From positions 1,824,001 through 1,888,000 of the forward strand of contig OY969554.1 of NCBI GenBank assembly GCA_963700985.1: a stretch of 64,000 nucleotides of DNA. Direction: 5' to 3'. The DNA is from an uncultured Chlamydiales bacterium. Its GTDB lineage: Bacteria; Chlamydiota; Chlamydiia; Chlamydiales; Rhabdochlamydiaceae. Below, in pieces: positions 50,435 through 62,500 of this stretch. The translations under genes were made by a program, and so were the position numbers. Below the pieces are notes generated by a model. It was not told the origin of the DNA, did not search any database, and saw only the letters and a list, made by a program, of their open reading frames with translations. The stretch's first letter is position 1. The number at the start of each line of letters is the position of its first letter.

Positions 50435-50993
50435 GTGAAACGTATTCACCGGTGCGTGTATCAACTTTAATTTTTTCGCCTTCATTGACGAAAATAGGAA
50501 CTTGGATTTTAGCGCCACTCTCAGTAAGAGCAGGTTTAAGCACTCGACCAGATGTGTCACCGCGTAGGCCAGGAGAAGTTTCGACGACTTTCATTTCCAT
50601 AAACGTCGGAGGAGTAAAGTCGATTGGCTCGCCTTTATAGAAGATCACGTCATAGACGGTCTCTTCCATCAGCCACTGTTCCTTATCGCCGATCATTTTT
50701 AACGAAATGGTGATCTGATCGAAGGTCTCATCGTCCATGAAGACCACGCCATCACTCTCTTTGTAAAGCATGCGCATCTTGGATTCTTCTACATCCGCCA
50801 GATCGAGTTTCTCACCCGATTTGAAGGTATGCTCAACCACTCTGCCTGTTTTGAGGTGCTTGAGTTTAGTGCGATTAAACGGCTGGCCTTTGCCTGGCTT
50901 GACAAATTCATTGGCTACGATGGTATAGGGTTCGCCATTGATTTCGACTTTCAGACCCGTTTTAAATTCATTAGTAGCGACTTGCTTTGCCAT
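50427..50993 (-). CDS. efp: Elongation factor P
   Basis: FVKPGKGQPF, PGLRGDTSG, VDTRTGEYVSR. Confidence 0.96.
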   Translation of the reverse strand: MAKQVATNEFKTGLKVEINGEPYTIVANEFVKPGKGQPFNRTKLKHLKTGRVVEHTFKSGEKLDLADVEESKMRMLYKESDGVVFMDDETFDQITISLKMIGDKEQWLMEETVYDVIFYKGEPIDFTPPTFMEMKVVETSPGLRGDTSGRVLKPALTESGAKIQVPIFVNEGEKIKVDTRTGEYVSRV

Positions 50994-51048
50994 AAAACCC
51001 CAATGTAAAAAACGAAACTTTAGCGTGAGGATCGATAAACTTCAAGTT

Positions 51049-52293
51049 TCAGGTGATGGGAGGCTTAGCTTTTGCAGCTAGTTCTTGCAAAATCTTCAAT
51101 TTTTCTTGAATTTTGCTTTCGAGCGCTATAAGCGTCGCATTTTTTGTGTCTTCGAATTCTTTTAGCTGCTTGGTAAATGCATTTTCGGCTGTCACGACTT
51201 GTTGTTCTGCAGTCCTGAGACGTTCGAGCGTTTTTTGTAGTTCAGCCTGAGTGGCCGAGTTCTTGGCATTTAATTCTTGAAATTTCTTGTTTTGCGCTTC
51301 AAGATCTTGTTCGGCTTTTACAAAGGCGTTTTTAGTTTGAGTTAGCTGAGTCGAAAGTGCCTCTAGATCTATATTTTTTTGTTTAATATCAGCGTCAAAT
51401 TTTTGCAATAGTTCTAGCTTACTAGCCATGGCTTGTTCGCTTTGTCCTAATGCAAGCTTTGCTTCTTGGAGCTGTTTTATGGTGGCGTCAAGAGATTTTT
51501 GATGGGTAGTATAGTCTATCAGAATCTTTTTCGTAGCTTCATCAGCTTGAGCGATTTTATTCGCCAACTGCTGCATGAGCTGATCGACTAGTTTGTTAAA
51601 ATGCTCTGTTCTTTCTTTTAACTGACTGTTTTCTAGAGTAAGTTGGGTTTTCTCTTGTCCAAGCACACCGATTTGTGCGCCGAATTGGAGTTTTTGAGCA
51701 GTAAAATCATCCACAACTTTTTTAAGAGCTTCGATGTCACCATTTAGCGGTTGAGAGCGCAGCTGTTCATCTTTGATAGTTTGAAGCAGCCGTGCATTTT
51801 CTATCTTAAAAGCCTCTTCTGAAGCTCTCTGATCAGCGAGCTGCTTTTCTAAGCTGCTGACACTGCCTTGAAGATCGCGGTTGACTTTTTGCAGATTTGC
51901 AACGCTATTTTTGCCGCTTGCCACAGTCGTGCTAACTTTTGTAGCTACTCCTTCTAGTGCAACTCTTTCTTGATTCACATCCTGCTCAACAACCTCGAGT
52001 TCGGCCGCATCTCGCTCGATTTCTAGATCATCGGAAGATTGATAGTTAGCAAAGAGGTGATAGCCATTAATGAGGGCACTGACACTGCAAATAAAGACAA
52101 GTTCCAGCGAGCCATGAAAAAAGGCCAGGGCTATGCCAACTACGGATAAAACTGTGGCCGTTGTCCAGAGACATGAATCTATCCACTCATAAATCCTTCC
52201 GCAAATATCTGCCGGAATACAAGGAAAGGAGTCAAAAAACTGCTGCTGGACTACAAGATTAGGCTGTGTGATCAGTGCCAAGGATTCGGTCAT
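51049..52293 (-). CDS. IncA-like candidate inclusion membrane protein
   Basis: Bilobed hydrophobic segment near residues 40-82, then long coiled coil. Confidence 0.72.
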   Translation of the reverse strand: MTESLALITQPNLVVQQQFFDSFPCIPADICGRIYEWIDSCLWTTATVLSVVGIALAFFHGSLELVFICSVSALINGYHLFANYQSSDDLEIERDAAELEVVEQDVNQERVALEGVATKVSTTVASGKNSVANLQKVNRDLQGSVSSLEKQLADQRASEEAFKIENARLLQTIKDEQLRSQPLNGDIEALKKVVDDFTAQKLQFGAQIGVLGQEKTQLTLENSQLKERTEHFNKLVDQLMQQLANKIAQADEATKKILIDYTTHQKSLDATIKQLQEAKLALGQSEQAMASKLELLQKFDADIKQKNIDLEALSTQLTQTKNAFVKAEQDLEAQNKKFQELNAKNSATQAELQKTLERLRTAEQQVVTAENAFTKQLKEFEDTKNATLIALESKIQEKLKILQELAAKAKPPIT

Positions 52294-53513
52294 AGGTTTT
52301 CTATCTCTGCAAGACGCTGTTTATCGCGTTCTTGTTGGCTCTTTAAGCCATCTGTAATTTGGGCTGCAGTTGCAAGGAGGGGACCGAGCTGCGCGGTGGC
52401 AGAAGAGAACTCCCCAGATGCTTTTGCAAGACCCTCACCAATCTGCTGCGACTGCGCTAAGCTCGCTTGGAGTTTGGTTCTTTCTTCGGCGAGAGTGGTA
52501 GCAAAAGCAGCGCGCTCTTTTTCTAGCGTTTGGGCAAGAGCTGCATAATCCAGACGCGTTTTTTCTACTGCAGTTTGCAATTGAGCATATTTATCTTGCA
52601 GCGCGGCAAAATCGCGGCTCTCTTTACTCAATGCGCTAGAGGCTTGAGAGACTTGTGTAGCATCGCCTGCCAAACCTGTTTCGACTAATTCTAGAGTATG
52701 GCTTTTGGATGCAAGATCGGCAGCGATCTGTTTTTGTATGAGCTCCGTTTGGCCGATCTGCTGCGCGAGGTCTTTAATGTCCTTAGCGGTTTGGGCATCG
52801 ACTTTATCGAGAATCAACCCAAGATCTTTTTGCTCTTTCTGATCGAAACCTGTTTGCGCGCCAAGCTCTCTCACGTTGGATTTAAATCGCACCAACAAAT
52901 CGTTAGCTTGTGAAAGTTGTGTTTTAAAAGCACGGATAACAATTGCTAGCTGTTCGATTTGGGCGGCTTGCGTTGAAACGGTTTTTTGCAGGGCTGAGAG
53001 GTTGGTTTTTAGCTGCTGATTTTCCATATGAAGAGCGCTATCGGTTTTAGAGAGGTCGCTCGCAGCGCTTTCTAATCCGACTTGCGCGCCACTAAGCGCT
53101 ACCGTTCCTTTCTGCCATTCTGTTCCTGCAGTGTTAAGCTGAGCTGCGCTATTGTGAACAGAAACAGTAATCTGTCTTAACTGAATGTTTTCCGTGCCGA
53201 TTTTGGCCACAACCTGCTGCGCTACTCTATGCTGGTGCCTGGCGTAATAGTGCCCTATGAGTGTGACTGCAAAGAACAGCGCAGTGATGGCTTTAGCTGT
53301 GTCGCCTTCCCCACCACTAAACTCGAAAAAGGAGGCGATGAATCCCGCCGCTGCCAAGCCCTCTGCCAAACCAAATAGCGCATCATAGAATCTACAAGCA
53401 CCTGGCTCTTGACTTAAAAAAGACGGAACCACCGTTGTATCGATGACGGAGGGGAGGACGTCGAGACTGACCACCCCAGTATTAGTAGCAGCAGAACTCA
53501 AAGCAGCAGTCAT
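52290..53513 (-). CDS. IncA-like candidate inclusion membrane protein
   Basis: Bilobed hydrophobic segment then coiled coil; ATGA overlap with the next gene. Confidence 0.72.
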   Translation of the reverse strand: MTAALSSAATNTGVVSLDVLPSVIDTTVVPSFLSQEPGACRFYDALFGLAEGLAAAGFIASFFEFSGGEGDTAKAITALFFAVTLIGHYYARHQHRVAQQVVAKIGTENIQLRQITVSVHNSAAQLNTAGTEWQKGTVALSGAQVGLESAASDLSKTDSALHMENQQLKTNLSALQKTVSTQAAQIEQLAIVIRAFKTQLSQANDLLVRFKSNVRELGAQTGFDQKEQKDLGLILDKVDAQTAKDIKDLAQQIGQTELIQKQIAADLASKSHTLELVETGLAGDATQVSQASSALSKESRDFAALQDKYAQLQTAVEKTRLDYAALAQTLEKERAAFATTLAEERTKLQASLAQSQQIGEGLAKASGEFSSATAQLGPLLATAAQITDGLKSQQERDKQRLAEIENL

Positions 53514-53514
53514 A

Positions 53515-54489
53515 TTATGTCACCAAACCTTCATTTTGGAATTGAGAGAGGCCGAAGCCAGAAGATCCTCCTTTTTGCGGAGAGAGAAATCCTTGCGAGG
53601 CAGTAGCAAGCTGTCTTACAAGTATGTGGGCGTCTATCGCCGTTTTTGCCATTGAAGCTTCGCTTTTTGCCATTGTATCTTGGCTAGAAGCGGCTGCTTT
53701 ATCAAGAAGTTCGGTTGCTTTTGCAAGTTCTTGCTTACGCAACTGAAGTTCTCGACTACTCTCTTTCAAATCTTTGCTAACTTGAGCACTTTGCTCGAGC
53801 TGAGCTTTTAGATGCGCTGACTGGGCTTCTATCTGTACGTTCTGAGCTTTTATCTGCTCATCTGCCACAGCTTTTTTTGTTTGGAGATCGCTGACCAAAT
53901 TAACAAGTGTTTTCACTTTTCCGTCGTCAAATGCTGTTTGAACTAATTTTGTAGCATTAATTAGATTTTGTTCTACTTGGGTTATTTTTACCGTTACAAC
54001 TTCAAGGCGCTCATTTTGAGCATCGAAGCGATTGAGTTGACCTTCTTGTGTGCCGATCTGCGTATCGACTTTCTCGAGTTGAATTCCATGCGTGTCGAGT
54101 TGCTGAGTAAAGAGATCAGCAGCTTTTCCAACGCGATCAACTTGCTCTCTCAACTCTGCATTGGCTCTATGCAACTCTTCGATTAGATAGTGTTGGATAA
54201 CGTAACTAGCAGAAAAGAGCAGAACGCTTGCGCAAATCACGAAACCAAGAGAGGTCATGACCATGCCAGAAAATAGAGATTCAATGGCGTGAATGACACA
54301 CCAGACTGTCATAGCGAGAATAGGGATGACTTGCCAGAATTGCGTGACGCGCCCGATGAGATTTCCAATGTCGCAGCAGCAGTTGCTGATGCATGATTGC
54401 ACGCCTTCCCAAGCCGAATTCCAATCGCATTCGATGCACCAGCTTGTTTGAGCAAAAACCGCATTAGTACCATTAATTTCCTGTGTCAT
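53515..54489 (-). CDS. IncA-like candidate inclusion membrane protein, Cys-rich N-terminus
   Basis: Bilobed hydrophobic segment then coiled coil; GGAGG RBS favours ATG 54489. Confidence 0.72.
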   Translation of the reverse strand: MTQEINGTNAVFAQTSWCIECDWNSAWEGVQSCISNCCCDIGNLIGRVTQFWQVIPILAMTVWCVIHAIESLFSGMVMTSLGFVICASVLLFSASYVIQHYLIEELHRANAELREQVDRVGKAADLFTQQLDTHGIQLEKVDTQIGTQEGQLNRFDAQNERLEVVTVKITQVEQNLINATKLVQTAFDDGKVKTLVNLVSDLQTKKAVADEQIKAQNVQIEAQSAHLKAQLEQSAQVSKDLKESSRELQLRKQELAKATELLDKAAASSQDTMAKSEASMAKTAIDAHILVRQLATASQGFLSPQKGGSSGFGLSQFQNEGLVT

Positions 54490-54667
54490 AGCCAACCTCC
54501 CGCATAAAGCTTTTTGAGTGGCTTATCAAAATTTTGGCTTTCGATTTTTGCCAAAGTTTGAAAATACACTCTGGTTGCGGGAACTTATATAATTTTAACA
54601 ATGTTTTTATGCAATCTTAATTTTATTTGTCATCTGTCTCCGTGTCATAAGAGAGATTGAAGAATTG

Positions 54668-54768
54668 CACCACCGAGATCACAGAGCACACAGAGGAAGA
54701 GGGAAGAAGAAATAAGATGTAAGCTTTACTTCTTTTCTCACTCGGTGTTTTCTGTGCTCTCGGTGGTG
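54668..54768. repeat. Second copy of the CACAGAG 9-nt periodic palindromic element
   Basis: CACCACCGAGATCACAGAGCACACAGAG vs CTCGGTGTTTTCTGTGCTCTCGGTGGTG: 28-bp arms, 4 mismatches; same unit as 27028-27142. Confidence 0.75.
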
Positions 54769-54855
54769 AAAATTCTTCCTCCGAAATGCGTAAAGCATCT
54801 GTGTATTGCTTTTTGCAGGATCTTGCATTACGATGCCGATAAAAGGTTTAAGACT

Positions 54856-55683
54856 ATGATAACAGTAGATCCACGCGAAGCACAATTTGCCAAAGACACT
54901 TTAGAACGGTATGCCGGATGCAACACAGAAGATTTCCAAAGCAATCTTCTGCTCACGAATTTTCCCCGCTATGTCGATTATTTTGCACAAAAGCGGAAAG
55001 TGAAAATTGTTGAGGGTGCGATGTTCAAGGTGGCGCACTGCCCCGAAGAAGGCATCAGCATTCTCGATTTTAAGATCGGATCACCTGCCGCTGCATTAGT
55101 GGTCGATCTCTGTTCATTTTTGCCCATTAAATCAAGCGTGCTACTAGGCATGTGTGGCGGCCTTCGAAGACGCTATCAAGTGGGCGACTATTTAGTGCCT
55201 GTGGCCAGCATCCGAGGTGAGGGCACCTCAGATTTCTATTTTCCGCCCGAAGTACCGGCTCTGGCTAATTTTCTTATGCAAAAGGCCGTAACTAGCGTCT
55301 TAGATGAACAGAAGGCAAATTATCACATCGGCATCACCTTTACGACGAACATGCGCTTTTGGGAGTTCAACGAAGAATTTAAAAGCCGCTTAAAAATGAG
55401 TAAGGCGCAAGCAATCGAAATGGAGTGTGCCACGCTCTTTGCTGCGAGCTACAAGCGTAAATACACTCTAGGTGCTCTGCTTCTCATCTCAGATCTACCT
55501 TTAAATGCGGACGGGATCAAAACAAAAAAGAGTTCCGAATTTGTTTATGAAAAACATATGCCCGATCATGTGGAAAAAGGCGTAGCTATCTTGAAGCTTG
55601 CGTGCTCATTGCAAGCGCATAACGTCAAAGGTGCATACCATCGTAACATAGGCCAGGTGCCACCCCAAAAAGAGGTCAAATGA
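54856..55683 (+). CDS. amn: AMP nucleosidase (short chlamydial/Bacteroidetes type)
   Basis: [47 protein letters not shown]; start moved to ATG 54856. Confidence 0.88.
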   Translation: MITVDPREAQFAKDTLERYAGCNTEDFQSNLLLTNFPRYVDYFAQKRKVKIVEGAMFKVAHCPEEGISILDFKIGSPAAALVVDLCSFLPIKSSVLLGMCGGLRRRYQVGDYLVPVASIRGEGTSDFYFPPEVPALANFLMQKAVTSVLDEQKANYHIGITFTTNMRFWEFNEEFKSRLKMSKAQAIEMECATLFAASYKRKYTLGALLLISDLPLNADGIKTKKSSEFVYEKHMPDHVEKGVAILKLACSLQAHNVKGAYHRNIGQVPPQKEVK

Positions 55684-58541
55684 CGAACGTTTTTAAAGCC
55701 CTAAGATCTTTAAAAAGCGATAAACGCGTTTATTATTACGCCTTATCTGCATTAGAGGAGCAAGGCATTGCAAAGATTAGTCGTCTGCCGGTCTCCATTC
55801 GCATTATGTTAGAATCTCTTTTACGCAACTGCGATGGGAAAGCTGTAACTGAAGAAGATGTTAAGCATCTGGCACAGTGGAAACCTAAACATGGCCATGC
55901 TGCAGGTCAAAGCGGTGGCGTGCCTTTTGTTGTAGCGCGTGTGCTCTTGCAAGATTTTACGGGCGTGCCGCTGATCGTAGATCTTGCCGCCATGCGCGAT
56001 GCCACAGCTAAAAAAGGGTTTGATCCTTCGATGATCGAACCGCAAGTGCCGGTTGATCTCGTGGTCGATCACTCTGTGCAAGTCGATCGCTCCGGCACAG
56101 AAGATGCGTTTTTATTCAACCTCAAGCTGGAATTTGCTCGCAATGGAGAGCGTTACTCTTTTCTCAAATGGGGTGAGCAAGCGTTTCAATCCTTTGGTGT
56201 TGTTCCCCCGGGCATCGGCATCGTACATCAGGTGAATTTAGAATATCTGGCAAGCGTTGTTATCGAGAAAAAAACTGAAGAGGGCACGCTTCTTTACCCT
56301 GATACATTGGTGGGAACAGACTCGCATACCACCATGATCAATGGTTTAGGCGTAATGGGATGGGGAGTCGGCGGCATCGAAGCGCAAGCGGCCATGCTCA
56401 GCCAGCCTGTAACAATTCCAACTCCAGAAGTGATCGGAGTGCATCTTTCCGGCAAATTGAATGAGGGCGTGACTGCCACCGATTTGACCTTGCGTATCAC
56501 CGAGATGCTGCGCAAAGAAAATGTGGTGGATAAATTCGTCGAATTTTATGGAGAGGGCGCTAGCAGCTTGACCGTTGCCGATCGAGCCACCATCGCCAAC
56601 ATGGCGCCTGAATATGGCGCAACAGTGGGCTTTTTCCCTGTCGATGACAAGACGCTTGAATATTTGCGCATGACCGGAAGAGAAGAGAATGCGATTGCTT
56701 TGATTAAAGAGTATCTCTCAGAACAGGGATTGTTTGGCATTCCGCGCAAAGGTGAAGTAGATTTTACCAAAGTGCTCGAGCTGAATCTTTCTGAGATTGT
56801 GCCTTCCGTTGCTGGCCCTAAAAGGCCCCAAGATCGTCTTGCGCTACCGCGTTTGAAATCGAAGTTTCAGGAGCTTTTAAAAGCGACTACAACAGACGGC
56901 GGCTACGGGAAGGGGAGTGAAAAAACCCCACCAGAGGTGTTTTTGCATACCGATGGATCTTTCTCGCTCAAAGCTCACCATGACGCAGGCGGTAAGGAAT
57001 ATCTCGGTGAAGATCCCTCGAAAAAACGCGGATGGAGCGAAGATGAGATGGTCTCTAATAGACCATTTACTGATCCGGTAGTTAACCCTGGCTATTCTGA
57101 ACTTCCGCCTTGTGATGCGATTTTAACACACGGGTCGGTGGTGATTGCGGCCATTACTAGCTGCACAAATACGAGCAATCCATCGGTGATGGTGGCAGCT
57201 GGGCTTGTGGCTAAAAAAGCTGTTGAGCGCGGATTAAAGATTAGCCACGCAGTGAAGACGAGCTTAGCGCCAGGTTCGCGCGTGGTGACCGATTATTTAA
57301 AAAATTCCGGTCTCCAAAAATACCTCGATGAACTCGGATTTGATCTGGTGGCATACGGGTGCACAACCTGCATTGGAAATAGCGGGCCGCTAGATGAAAA
57401 AATTGAGAACATCATTAAAGAGCATGATCTCATCGCGGCAAGCGTGCTTAGCGGCAATCGCAATTTTGAAGCGCGTATCCACAGTGCAGTTAAGGCCAAT
57501 TTTTTAATGTCACCGCCGCTTGTGGTGGCTTTCGCTTTAGCTGGTCGCATCGATATCGATCTCGAGAAAGAACCCGTGGGTTATGACAATAAAGGCTCTC
57601 CGGTGTTCTTGCGCGAGATCTGGCCGACTTCGCACGAGATCGAAACTGTGATGAAAAAACATCTGCAGCCGGAAATTTTCCGCACGCGCTATGCAAACAT
57701 TCGCAAAGACAACCCTGTGTGGGGTGAGATAGCCGTTGTAAAAGGTGCTAAGTATGCTTGGGATCCGAAGAGCACCTACATTCAAAATCCTCCCTATTTC
57801 GAGGAGTTCACGCTCACAGAGTTTCACCGCAGAGAACTTAAAAATCTGCGCTGCCTCGCGATTTTTGGCGATTCTGTCACCACCGACCACATCTCACCAG
57901 CAGGCTCATTTAGCAGCACGTCACCTGCCGGCAAATATCTCTTATCTCTCGGGGTGAAAGAGAACGATTTTAATAGTTACGGAAGCCGGCGCGGTAATCA
58001 CCAGGTGATGATGCGCGGCACCTTTGCAAATGTGCGCATCAAAAATAAGATGGCTGATGGAACAGAAGGCGGCTATACCAAAGTCATGCCTGAGGGCACC
58101 ATGCAGACGATTTTTGAGGCTAGTCAAGCTTATGCCAAGCGGGGAGTGCCCTTAATTGTCTTTGCCGGCAAAGATTATGGCATGGGGAGTTCACGCGACT
58201 GGGCCGCTAAAGGCACGATGCTGCTCGGCGTTAAAGCCGTGGTGGCTTGTAGTTTCGAGCGCATCCATCGTAGCAACTTAATCGGTATGGGAGTGCTTCC
58301 ACTTGAATTTCCGCATGATGAGAGCGCAGAAAGTCTGGGCATTAAAGGCGATGAGACCTTCACAATTCATGGAATCGATGGCAAACTTACACCTGGCCAG
58401 GAAGCCACTCTCGAGATCACACGAGGCGGAAAAGTCGACCAAGTTAAACTCCGCGTGCGTCTAGATACTCCCATTGAGATCGAGTATTACACACACGGCG
58501 GCATCATGCCCTACGTGCTTCGCAAAATCCTCATCTCCTAA
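55680..58541 (+). CDS. acnA: Aconitate hydratase AcnA
   Basis: [63 protein letters not shown]. Confidence 0.97.
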   Translation: MTNVFKALRSLKSDKRVYYYALSALEEQGIAKISRLPVSIRIMLESLLRNCDGKAVTEEDVKHLAQWKPKHGHAAGQSGGVPFVVARVLLQDFTGVPLIVDLAAMRDATAKKGFDPSMIEPQVPVDLVVDHSVQVDRSGTEDAFLFNLKLEFARNGERYSFLKWGEQAFQSFGVVPPGIGIVHQVNLEYLASVVIEKKTEEGTLLYPDTLVGTDSHTTMINGLGVMGWGVGGIEAQAAMLSQPVTIPTPEVIGVHLSGKLNEGVTATDLTLRITEMLRKENVVDKFVEFYGEGASSLTVADRATIANMAPEYGATVGFFPVDDKTLEYLRMTGREENAIALIKEYLSEQGLFGIPRKGEVDFTKVLELNLSEIVPSVAGPKRPQDRLALPRLKSKFQELLKATTTDGGYGKGSEKTPPEVFLHTDGSFSLKAHHDAGGKEYLGEDPSKKRGWSEDEMVSNRPFTDPVVNPGYSELPPCDAILTHGSVVIAAITSCTNTSNPSVMVAAGLVAKKAVERGLKISHAVKTSLAPGSRVVTDYLKNSGLQKYLDELGFDLVAYGCTTCIGNSGPLDEKIENIIKEHDLIAASVLSGNRNFEARIHSAVKANFLMSPPLVVAFALAGRIDIDLEKEPVGYDNKGSPVFLREIWPTSHEIETVMKKHLQPEIFRTRYANIRKDNPVWGEIAVVKGAKYAWDPKSTYIQNPPYFEEFTLTEFHRRELKNLRCLAIFGDSVTTDHISPAGSFSSTSPAGKYLLSLGVKENDFNSYGSRRGNHQVMMRGTFANVRIKNKMADGTEGGYTKVMPEGTMQTIFEASQAYAKRGVPLIVFAGKDYGMGSSRDWAAKGTMLLGVKAVVACSFERIHRSNLIGMGVLPLEFPHDESAESLGIKGDETFTIHGIDGKLTPGQEATLEITRGGKVDQVKLRVRLDTPIEIEYYTHGGIMPYVLRKILIS

Positions 58542-58568
58542 CAAGCTTAAGTAGATAAGGTTTTTTGC

Positions 58569-58913
58569 TTAGGCAAAAGATGCTTTTGCGATTCCAATGT
58601 TTTGCTTAATACGAAGGATTTCTCCGTTTTTGAGGATCGGCTTAACTTGAACATGTTTATGTTCGTACTCTTCAACCCATAGGTCATAATTTTGCTGTAA
58701 ATTAAGCCATAGTTGTGGAGTTGTATCAAGTGCCTCGGCGAGAGAAAGGGCAATAGAAGGGGTTATACTTGCTGCACCATCTCTAATCTTAAACAAGGTG
58801 TTGCGAGCGATGCCTAACCTATCAGCGAACTTCTGCAAATTCAGCTGTAGAGGTTCAATGTAAAGCTTATCGAGGATTTCTCCTGGATGTGAGGGCTTTC
58901 TTTTTTTTGCCAT
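58569..58913 (-). CDS. higA: HigA-family antitoxin (HTH)
   Basis: PSHPGEIL, HTH, TTPQLWLNLQQNYDL. Confidence 0.9.
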   Translation of the reverse strand: MAKKRKPSHPGEILDKLYIEPLQLNLQKFADRLGIARNTLFKIRDGAASITPSIALSLAEALDTTPQLWLNLQQNYDLWVEEYEHKHVQVKPILKNGEILRIKQNIGIAKASFA

Positions 58914-58929
58914 AAAATTACATTCTCTT

Positions 58930-59211
58930 TTAATGATAATCTATTAAATCTACGTCGCTGGCTTCACCATTTTCAAAGCGGAAAATAATCGTCCAGTTCC
59001 CATTGATGTGAACTGAATAAAATCCTTTGAGGTTTCCTTTTAATGGATGAAAGTCGGACCCTGGAAAACTCATATCTTTAACATCTAAGGCGGAGTTAAG
59101 AAGATCTAAAATAAGCTCGATTTTCTTAACATGAGCTGCTCGAATCCCAGCCTTACTTCCAGAATCAAAAAGCTTCTTCAGCCCTTTATGCTTAAAATTC
59201 TTAACCGCCAT
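58930..59211 (-). CDS. higB: HigB-like (RelE/ParE) toxin
   Basis: FKHKGLKKLF, FHPLKGNLKGFYSVHINGNWTIIFRF, DYH; start moved to ATG 59211; toxin-first order. Confidence 0.9.
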   Translation of the reverse strand: MAVKNFKHKGLKKLFDSGSKAGIRAAHVKKIELILDLLNSALDVKDMSFPGSDFHPLKGNLKGFYSVHINGNWTIIFRFENGEASDVDLIDYH

Positions 59212-59229
59212 TAAACTCTCATTTAGCTT

Positions 59230-59259
59230 AATGTAACCAATTAGGTTACATTTTGTCAA
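59230..59259 (-). promoter_or_regulatory. higBA promoter with overlapping palindromic operator
   Basis: Minus-strand TTGACA (59259-59254), 18-nt spacer, TACATT; inverted repeat AATGTAACC-N5-GGTTACATT (59230-59252). Confidence 0.7.
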
Positions 59260-59470
59260 GATGGCTCCAATGTTCAGCCATGATGCCATTTGAGAAGGGG
59301 AGTTTTTCTTTGCGTAGGTTGAGTAGCGCAGCCTTTTCAACCGGATATTCACTTTTAAACTGCACTAATGCGCGTGTCATTTCAGCATTAGGGGATGAAG
59401 AGAATTTGATCTCGTAAGCTTCAAAACGATCTCCCAGATCAACTAGTAGATCATCTATTGAATCCTTTAA
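59246..59470 (-). pseudogene. C-terminal remnant of an AAA+ ATPase/DUF4143-type protein
   Basis: Frame following an in-frame TAG, with no start before the motif: LKDSIDDLLVDLGDRFEAYEIKFSSSP...HWSHLDKM*; DLL...AYEIK fits a PD-(D/E)xK-like tail. Confidence 0.55.
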
Positions 59471-59511
59471 CTAAGGAAAGCGGGATAGCTGAAATAGTAT
59501 TAACGGTTTTT

Positions 59512-62500
59512 TTATTTAATAACTTTTAGCTGAAATTCTTGTGATAGAGAGGCGATGACCTCTTTTTCGAGCAAGGCAGGATTGGTGTTCTCTTTATAAA
59601 AGAGACGTCTTTTCTCGACTTCTTGGCCTACTTGTCGTTCGACATGCAGGGTGCGCGTTTCAAACTTGAGCAGAATGAAATGGTGCGCAGAGGCGAAGAG
59701 GCGCAGGCGGGTGAGATGGTAGAGCCAGAGGACCTCGGAAGGAGGCTCGCCGAAGCGGTCTTTAATCTCTTCCAGGATGGCATCGACCTCTTGTGGAGAA
59801 GAAGTTTCACCGAGACGGTGGTAGAGTTCCATGCGGAGCGAAGGCTCAGCGATGTAGTTATCTGGAAAGAGCGCTCTGAAAGGAAACTCCATCTTAGTTT
59901 CATAAAAGGTAGGAATATTCTTTTTGCTCATCGCATCGATGGTGCGCTTCAAGAGTTTGCAATAGAGGTGAAAGCCGATGGCAGAAACTTGGCCAGATTG
60001 TTCTGTTCCCAAAATATCGCCTGCTCCACGAATTTCTAAATCGCACATAGCGATTTTCATCCCGCCGCCAAAGCCTGAGGATTCCATCAAAGCGGCTAAG
60101 CGTTTGCGAGAAATTTCAGAGAGTTCGCGCTGTTTCGGCACAAGAAAATAGGCATAAGCAGGGCGGTTCCATCTGCCTACTCTTCCGCGTAATTGATAAA
60201 GATCTGCCAGGCCAAAGGTATCGGCGCGGTCGATGATGATGGTGTTGGCGTTGGGGATATCCACGCCATTTTCAATGATGGTGGTCGCCACCAGAATATC
60301 TGCAGAGCCTTTCTTAAAAGCATGAAAGACTGTGTCGAGCTCTTCGGCTGCCATGCTGCCATGTCCGGTGACGATGCGCGCTTGTGGCAGAAGCTTCTGG
60401 ATTTCATCAGTGATATGGAAAATGCTTTCCACGCGATTATGCACGAAGAAGGCTTGACCATCGCGTGAAAGCTCTCTTAACAGCGCATTTTGAATAATGC
60501 TGTTATCGCGCTCGACGATGATGCTTTTTATCGGCAGGCGATCTTGCGGAGGGGTGTTGATTGTCGAGATCTCACGTGCGCCAATTAAGGTGAGATAGAG
60601 TGTGCGTGGAATGGGCGTTGCAGTCAGTGTGAGACAGTCGACACCTACTTTGAGAGTTTTCAGCTGCTCTTTGGCACGCACGCCAAAGCGCTGCTCTTCG
60701 TCGATGATGATTAAGCCGAGATCTTTAAAGCGAATATCTTTGCTGAGTAGGCGATGGGTGCCCACAAGAATATCGATCTGGCCATTTTGAACTTTTTCAA
60801 GCGTGTCTTTAACTTCTTTTGCAGAGGAAAAACGCGAGATGTGGGCAACTTTAACCGGGTAATTGGCCATGCGCTCGACAAAAGTCTCATAATGTTGCAG
60901 AGCCAAAACCGTGGTAGGCACAAGCACGGCAACTTGCTTACCGCCATCGGCAACGGCTTTAAAGGCTGCGCGCATGGCTACTTCAGTTTTGCCATACCCA
61001 ACATCACCACAGATCAAACGATCCATGGCTTTAGAAGAGCACATGTCACTTTTTACAGCTGTGATCGCCTGTTGCTGATCTTCTGTTTCGGTAAATGGAA
61101 AATCGCTTTCAAATGAGATCATGTTTTCGCCGTCAGGCGCAAAGGCAAAGCCGCCGACAATGGCACGTTCGGCGTTGATTTTCAGCAGATCTTGCGCATA
61201 GCCGATAATGGCTTTTTGTGCGTTGAGGCGCGTTTTCTGCCAGCGCGTTGTCCCAAGCGTGGAAAAAGTGGGCAGCTCTTCTTTTGCGCCAATGTATCTG
61301 CTGACAAGATGCGATTGGGCGATGGGCACGTAGAGTTTGCTGCCTTCTGCATACTGAAGAGAGAGAAATTCCGTTTCCTGACCGACATGATTTGGACGTT
61401 TTTCCGTACCGAGAAATTTCCCAATCCCATGATGGAAGTGAACCACCACGTCTCCAGGTGCAAGGCTGTGAAATTCTGAAGGAGGAATATGCGTGACGGA
61501 ACGCCATTTCTGCCGGCGCACGCGCATGCGATGCGTAAATTCAGTCATGGGAATGAGCGCAGCTGAGCTATCAGCGAGCACAAAACCACTTGAGAGGTAG
61601 TTCAGCTCAAAGATCGCTTGCTCAGGGATAATGACCTCTTCTTTGGCCATTTTCTCTTTAAAAGCACGCTCTTCAGAAGCCGTTGCACAAAGAAAATAGA
61701 GTTGAAAAGCAGATTTATAAGCGCGATTAACGATTTGTAAAAGCTCTTCGGCAGTGAGCGCGGCTTGATTTTCGGCGCCCGAAAAGAAAGTAGCGATCTC
61801 TTGAAACGGATGTTGCCAGCGCTTTGTTTTGACCTCGTTTCCAAAGATGGAAAAATTTAAGGATTGAAACGGTTCTTTTCCGGTGTAATAGTCACGGCCG
61901 GTGCGTTTAGAAACTTGCACCTCGGAGAGTTCTTCAATGCGCTCTTTCGACCAGAAAAGTTGTTGGAAAGAAGCTACCTTCTGCATCAACTCTTCAAAAG
62001 TTAAGAAGAAGCGCGATGCCGCGCCCGGCATATTTTTGAAAGCGACATAACGGTCTTCGATCGCTAAGAGATCGTCAAAAACTACAAGTGTATTCGGCCC
62101 CAAAAATTCTAACAGTGTAACGGGCGCGGTTTCCGTTTTGAGCACGTCGAGCTCAGATGCGGGGCTCAAGAAGAGCGTCTCAACTTTTGAGATCGATTTT
62201 TGTGAGCCTGGATCAAAAAGACGAATAGCGTCGAGGGTATTTCCAAAGAAGTCGAGGCGATAGGGTTGTGTCGCGGTTACTGGAAAGAGATCGACCAGCC
62301 CACCACGAATGGCAAATTCACCCTTATCAGACACCACGGCTGCGCGTTTGTAGCCCAGAGAAACTAAAAAAGCGGGGAACTCATCAAATGAGAGCTCATC
62401 TCCAACTTTTAGGCGCTTAAAGAGTGATTTCAGGCGATTAGAAGCGGGGAGTTTCTGAAGACATGCTTGCAAGGGGCAGAGAAGCAGCTGAGGTTTTTTT

